Both the position numbers and the translations under genes were made by a program. Shown in pieces: positions 60,525 through 64,000 of a stretch of 64,000 nt of DNA. The notes under the pieces are model-generated. The model saw nothing but the letters and a program-made list of their open reading frames with translations, was not told where the DNA came from and did no database searches. Every line of letters begins with the position of its first letter. Positions within the stretch are counted from its first letter, which is position 1. Origin of the DNA: an uncultured Clostridium sp. (lineage in GTDB: Bacteria > Bacillota > Clostridia > TANB77 > CAG-508); the NCBI GenBank assembly GCA_948467495.1, contig CAOKEO010000003.1, forward strand, positions 9,602 through 73,601, given 5' to 3'.

Positions 60525-61595
60525 TCACGAATCACTGCCTAAACCTTCTTCAAAAATAACTTTTGCATCAGTTGGACAAATAGAAACAAAAGTATTTCCG
60601 TCATTTACCTCAATTTCATTTCCTTCTAAATCTTGATATTTTGTTTGTTCATCTCTAGCATTTTTTATACATTTTATTTTAATCGCTTTTCCATTTGTAA
60701 TATAATAGCCATCAAAAGTACCTATATTTTTCAATCCTTGTCTTCCTTTATCTTCTTTATCGGCTAAATCATAATTATCACAGAAAGTTATTATAATATT
60801 TTTTGTTGTTATCACTTTCTTTGTATCCCAATCTGCTTGTTCTTTACCTCTTGCATATCTTTCATATACTTTATTTTCTTCGTCATATTCATATTTTACA
60901 GTTTGAAGTTGAGAATGTGGAATCGTTACACTAACTGCTCCTTGTCCTTCTTCCAAATTCACTTCATCTGTTACATAATTTAACACACTTTCTTCTCTTG
61001 AAGTTAATCTATATTTCTTATTTTTAGCTGATTCTAAAAGCTTAGCTGTACTAGTTACTGCATTATGAGGTGAAACTTTATCCTTTGCTCTCCAAAAAGT
61101 AGTTCCATCTTCTGCAATTCCATCAATTTCACTCATGCCATATTTTTTGATATCACTATCTGCTTGTGGACTTTCCCCAAAATGAGCATAAATAGCATCA
61201 TTTTCCATCGCATAATCAAGGAAATAATGTCTAGCACTTCTTACTGGTCCTATTTTTTCTAAATCTGCTCCTTTAAATAATGCCATTAATCTAGTTTCTC
61301 CGCCTTCTACTATCACTTCATATACCATATAAGCTTCTTGCAATCCAGCTTGTGGCCAAGCTTCATTATGATTATCAATCATAACTGCAATTGGTCGATT
61401 ACTTCCCTGAAAGATTTGTATGTTCTTGTCTTCTTTTCCTGAATTTAATGTATTATCCTCTCCCGCCACAGCTGTTTCCTCATTTTGTTTTTCTTTCATA
61501 ATTTTAGAACCTAATATCCAACCCGCAGCAACAATCAAAATAACCAAAATAACAATTAATATCTTAGTTCCAATCTGTCCTCTTTGACTTCTCAT
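60525..61595 (-). CDS. DUF3048 domain protein (YerB-like, membrane anchored)
   Basis: RPIAVMIDNHNEAWPQAGLQEAYMVYEVIVEGGETRLMALF. Confidence 0.75.
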   Translation of the reverse strand: MRSQRGQIGTKILIVILVILIVAAGWILGSKIMKEKQNEETAVAGEDNTLNSGKEDKNIQIFQGSNRPIAVMIDNHNEAWPQAGLQEAYMVYEVIVEGGETRLMALFKGADLEKIGPVRSARHYFLDYAMENDAIYAHFGESPQADSDIKKYGMSEIDGIAEDGTTFWRAKDKVSPHNAVTSTAKLLESAKNKKYRLTSREESVLNYVTDEVNLEEGQGAVSVTIPHSQLQTVKYEYDEENKVYERYARGKEQADWDTKKVITTKNIIITFCDNYDLADKEDKGRQGLKNIGTFDGYYITNGKAIKIKCIKNARDEQTKYQDLEGNEIEVNDGNTFVSICPTDAKVIFEEGLGSDS

Positions 61596-61610
61596 ACCTA
61601 TTTCTCCCTT

Positions 61611-62084
61611 CTAATCTCTATCTATCTTAAGCTCTTTTAATATCTTCTCTTCTTTTGGTCTCATCATTTTCTTGTCTTCTGCTTGTATATGATCATATCC
61701 CATCAAATGATAAAATCCATGAACTAACATATAACTTAATTCTCTTTCAAAACTGTGTTCATATTCTTTTGCTTGTTCTTGCACTTTTTCTATCGAAATA
61801 ATAATATCACCCAAAATGTCTTCATACTGAAAATCATTTTCTTCTAATTTTTGGTTTAGCTCGTCCTTCTCAAATATAGGAAAAGAAAGTACATCAGTTG
61901 CTTTATCGATATCTCTATACTCTTTATTTATTTTTTGTATATTTTCTGGCGTTGTTAATAAAACCGTAATCGATAATTTTGTAGTTTCTAAACGCTCCTC
62001 TTTAAAACACTGTGTTAGCACTTTCCTTATAATTTCTTCATATTCTTTTTTTTCTTCTATTCCTTGATATAGTACTTCATACAT
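61611..62084 (-). CDS. ybeY: rRNA maturation endoribonuclease YbeY
   Basis: LVHGFYHLMGYDH zinc motif, 157 aa. Confidence 0.92.
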   Translation of the reverse strand: MYEVLYQGIEEKKEYEEIIRKVLTQCFKEERLETTKLSITVLLTTPENIQKINKEYRDIDKATDVLSFPIFEKDELNQKLEENDFQYEDILGDIIISIEKVQEQAKEYEHSFERELSYMLVHGFYHLMGYDHIQAEDKKMMRPKEEKILKELKIDRD

Positions 62085-62086
62085 AT

Positions 62087-63292
62087 TTATGCGACTTCCT
62101 TAACTTTTATGTATTTTCCTTGTGATTGATAAGAATCTTTTATTTGTCTCATCGCTCCATAATCAACTAATTTTCTTCTATAGTAATTCATAATTTTAGA
62201 ATAATCGGTCTTTCCTTCTCTTAGCTTTTTCATATCATTTTTAATAAATAATATCTCTTTTTGTTTAATATACTCAATAAAATTAGTCTCTTTTAGCTTT
62301 GTAATTTCTTGATAGCGATTCCAAAATTCCTTATATTCATCTCTAACTTTAGGTGAATCCCAATATACTTTTGTCGATAATAATTTTATATTGTAATCTT
62401 CTATTAAGTTAATCAACATAGAATAGGCTTTTTCTCTTCTTGTTGCAATTTTAGTATCTTGCACTAATATCCTAGCATCTTTTAGTAGTTTTTCATAACA
62501 TTGTTCTGCCACAATTAATGGCAAACTATGCGTAAATAGTTTTCTACTAATACCCAGTAAAATCATATTTTTCTCTATGGTATCTTTGGTATCCAATTTT
62601 CCTACTGCATAAGTTTCGTATTTTTCATACTCTGAAACAACATTTTTTACACTTTCTTCATAATTCATTTCTATTTTCAAAGATAAAATATTTTGAATGT
62701 ATTCCTCTAATGTATGAAATATTTTTGTATAAATCCATTCTTTGGTTGTATCATAAGCATTGGTATTATCAGCTACCTTAATCGAATAATTTTTTAAAAT
62801 AGATTTGTACAAAGTATCCATTTTAGATAAATAAAATTTATTATATTTCTCCTTCAATTTTTCTTTGCCATCTACTTTAATTCCTTGATAATCTAGTTCA
62901 ATCAAGTACTTTTGTTTTCTATATTTATATTCTATATATTCACTTTCTTTTAAGCTAGTCACTTCATAATATCTAGATAATGCATCTTTTTCATAATCAG
63001 AAGCTGTATTATTCTTAACTTTCTTATAAACAGAATCCATGACATATTTATCAAGAGCACCTAAATAAGCTTCATAAGCTAAATCATATTTTTTTTCCAT
63101 TTCATCATTATTATAATTCTCATTTTCTTGTGTAAAGTTTTCAAAGGTTTTGATAACATGATTTCTTTTTCTTGAAATTAACATACCATTAATTCCTATT
63201 CTAGTAGGTATTAGCATTCTTGTTAATGTACTTGTTATTTTATTAAAAAATGTTTTATCTGCACCAGTAATTCTAAGACTTCTTTCTTCCAT
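62087..63292 (-). CDS. hypothetical protein (K/E/Y-rich, helical), no recognisable family
   Basis: 401-aa ORF tightly packed between yqfD and ybeY. No P-loop or HD motifs. Confidence 0.4.
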   Translation of the reverse strand: MEERSLRITGADKTFFNKITSTLTRMLIPTRIGINGMLISRKRNHVIKTFENFTQENENYNNDEMEKKYDLAYEAYLGALDKYVMDSVYKKVKNNTASDYEKDALSRYYEVTSLKESEYIEYKYRKQKYLIELDYQGIKVDGKEKLKEKYNKFYLSKMDTLYKSILKNYSIKVADNTNAYDTTKEWIYTKIFHTLEEYIQNILSLKIEMNYEESVKNVVSEYEKYETYAVGKLDTKDTIEKNMILLGISRKLFTHSLPLIVAEQCYEKLLKDARILVQDTKIATRREKAYSMLINLIEDYNIKLLSTKVYWDSPKVRDEYKEFWNRYQEITKLKETNFIEYIKQKEILFIKNDMKKLREGKTDYSKIMNYYRRKLVDYGAMRQIKDSYQSQGKYIKVKEVA

Positions 63293-63314
63293 TTATCCTT
63301 TCATTCCCTTCCTA

Positions 63315-64000
63315 TCAGAATACAATTTTCTCGTTTGTCCCTATATTTTCTAAAACTTCATATGTAACATAAACATCAATACTATCCCCTTTATCATAAG
63401 TATTAATATTTTGACCTACAATGGATTCCTTGTCTTCAATTTCTTTGTCCAATTCCTCCTGTAATTGTTCTACCCCTACATTTTTAGCCTCTTCCTTCTC
63501 ATACGTTTTTTGTCTTTCTTCTATCTGTTTATTTGTTGTTTTTATAATAGAAATTGGCAAATAAAAGTCAGAAAATAATTTCATTTTGTTTTCCGTTTCT
63601 ATTGTATCATAAATTTCAAATTTTGAAACCCCTTTGTGCAAATTTATTTTAAAATTATTAAATTTTATGGCATATTGACTTTCAACATTTCCTGTTTCGC
63701 TTCTTTCCGTAGCATGATACGGTATATTCTTATATTTCGTATGCCATACTTTTGCCTCTATTTCCCCTTTAGCATGAACATAACGAATTCCTGTGTACTT
63801 ACCTTCCATCCAACCATTAATCAAGGTTTCTCCCACATTAACTGTATCTCCTACTTTCACATTAGCAGTTCCTGTTTGTGCATTCATTTTAGTAATGACT
63901 CCCACTTTATCAGAAATAATACTGCAATATTCCTCATCATCTACAATTTCTGGCTTTTCATCTGCCTTTACAATTTTCACAATTGCATTAGTACCCTTCA
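63315..64000 (-). CDS. yqfD: sporulation protein YqfD, 5' end beyond window
   Basis: ..GVITKMNAQTGTANVKVGDTV..GETLINGWMEG..GIRYVHAKGEIEAKVW.. is typical of the YqfD C-terminal half. The frame is open to position 64000. Confidence 0.75.
   Translation of the reverse strand, partial: KGTNAIVKIVKADEKPEIVDDEEYCSIISDKVGVITKMNAQTGTANVKVGDTVNVGETLINGWMEGKYTGIRYVHAKGEIEAKVWHTKYKNIPYHATERSETGNVESQYAIKFNNFKINLHKGVSKFEIYDTIETENKMKLFSDFYLPISIIKTTNKQIEERQKTYEKEEAKNVGVEQLQEELDKEIEDKESIVGQNINTYDKGDSIDVYVTYEVLENIGTNEKIVF

Overview
AT-rich (about 30% GC by eye) chromosomal segment from an endospore-forming, Clostridia-like Firmicute (spoIIM, spoVT and yqfD are present). Nearly all genes lie on the minus strand.

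Left third: envelope genes (LtaS-like, Alg14/Alg13-like split glycosyltransferase, VanY-type peptidase), DNA maintenance genes (ruvB, xerD, endonuclease Q, rnhA, dprA, ligA), tmcAL and folD. Two tRNAs (CAT, Tyr) are followed by a small island holding an ISLre2-type transposase relic and a CcrM/HinfI-like type II R-M pair.

Middle: a short-form AlaRS, spoVT, a frameshifted class-3 FBPase, a stand-alone KAP P-loop NTPase, comFC with no canonical start codon, a frameshifted recD2 and a wrecked ISLre2 transposase.

Right: the complete S10-spc-alpha ribosomal cluster (rpsJ to rplQ, with secY, adk, map, infA and rpoA; rpmD is absent), then ldh and the yqfD-ybeY neighbourhood.

I found no convincing novel multi-gene protein system. 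The unusual content is the non-coding DNA:
- About 4 kb of recurring, modular, hairpin-forming repeats sit between the cistrons of the ribosomal super-operon and around accessory or decayed genes.
- These repeats show nested insertions and compensatory stem changes.
- In the two long palindromes checked base by base, the mismatches are strand-biased: G:T pairs only on the plus strand, antisense to the operon.
- A 50-bp element with a TAGAAA-N-TTTCTA palindrome sits exactly 58 nt upstream of three separate -35 boxes.

Several core genes carry single-base frameshifts, which suggests either genome decay or a need for sequence verification.
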